Assembly: GCA_950097015.1 (NCBI GenBank)
Contig: CATNEN010000001.1
Coordinates: 10,354,001-10,418,000 of the forward strand
Reading direction: 5' to 3'
Length of the DNA stretch: 64,000 nt
Origin: Macrostomum hystrix
Lineage: Eukaryota > Animalia > Platyhelminthes
Shown here: positions 62,925-64,000 of the stretch, in pieces
Numbering within the stretch: position 1 is the first letter of the stretch
Layout of the letters: each line of letters starts with the position of its first letter
Made by a program: the position numbers and the translations under genes
The notes under the pieces: model-generated
What the model was told of the DNA's origin: nothing
The model's database searches: none
What the model saw: the letters and a program-made list of their open reading frames with translations, nothing else

Positions 62925-64000
62925 GATCTAGAGAGACTGATCTATAGATTTATATAGTGACTGATCTATAGATTTATCTAGTGACTGATCTATAGATTTA
63001 TCTAGTGACTGATCTATAGATTTATTTAGTGACTGATCTATAGATTTATCTAGTGACTGATCTATAGATTTATCTAGTGACTGATCTATAGATTTATCTA
63101 GTGACTGATCTATAGATTTATCAAGAGACTAATCTATAGATTTATCTAGTGACTGATCTATAGATTTATCAAGAGACTGATCTATATATTTATCAAGAGA
63201 CTGATCTATAGATTTATCTAGTGACTGATCTATAGATTTATTTAGTGACTGATCTATAGATTCATCTAGTGACTAATCTATAGATTTATCAAGAGACTGA
63301 TCTATAGATTTATCAAGAGACTGATCTATAGATTTATCAAGAGACTAATCTATAGATTTATCAAGAGACTAATCTATAGATTTATCAATAGACTGATCTA
63401 TAGATTTATTTAGAGACTAGTCTATAGATTTATCAAGATATTGATATATTGACAGATCTACAGACTGATCTATAGATTTATCAAGAGACTAATCTATAGA
63501 TTTATCAAGAGACTAATCTAACGATTTATCAATAGACTGATCTATAGATTTATCTAGAGACTAATCTATAGATTTACCAAGATATTGATATATTGACAGA
63601 TCTACAGACTGATCTATAGATTTATCTAGTGACTGATCTATAGATTTATCAAGAGACTAATCTATAGATTTATCTAGTGACTGATCTATAGATTTATCTA
63701 GTGACTAATCTATAGATTTATCTAGAGACTAATCTATAGATTTACCAAGATATTGATATATTGACAGATCTACAGACTGGTCTATATATTTATCTAGAGA
63801 CTAATCTATAGATTTACCAAGATATTGATATATTGACAGATCTACAGACTGATCTATATATTTATCTAGAGACTAATCTATTGATTTACCAAGATATTGA
63901 TATATTGACAGATCTACAGACTGATCTATAGATTTATCTAGAGACTAATCTATAGATTTACCAAGATATTGATATATTGACAGATCTACAGACTGATCTA
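62925..64000. repeat. 24-bp minisatellite GACTGATCTATAGATTTATCTAGT (palindromic core), running off the window end
   Basis: Directly visible. A later longer composite unit includes CCAAGATATTGATATATTGACAGATCTACA. Confidence 0.95.

Overview
Eukaryotic (animal) genomic DNA with GT-AG introns, poly-Q/poly-A low-complexity exons and very many minisatellites. This style, plus a flatworm-type GPCR, suggests a flatworm such as Macrostomum; that is inference only. Five + strand protein-coding loci can be reconstructed by checking splice phases. (1) Last exon of a coiled-coil gene (to 732). (2) A 3-4 exon gene (1530-5847, about 1073-1089 aa) fusing ankyrin repeats to a cGAS/Mab-21-like (cGLR) nucleotidyltransferase with an apparently intact acidic triad, a TPR-like helical region, an N-myristoylation motif and a C-terminal transmembrane helix; this is the best candidate for an undescribed immune-signalling system. 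(3) An uninterrupted 2005-aa Ser-rich orphan ORF with a 6-copy internal motif. (4) A 6-exon FERM-less CUPID-domain (FRMD4/CCDC120/INAVA-type cytohesin adaptor) gene, 25868-46668. (5) A 3-exon rhodopsin-like GPCR lacking DRY and NPxxY, 58010-62815. At 7261-9371 there is a Russian-doll nest of DNA transposons: Harbinger-like > MULE-like > hAT/Buster > hAT MITE, each with its own TIRs and target-site duplication (the outer layer is the weakest). Two tRNA-derived SINEs lie in one intron. From about 16.7 kb onward more than 25 tandem-repeat arrays fill introns and intergenic DNA, and most long ORFs in the ORF track there are repeat artefacts.
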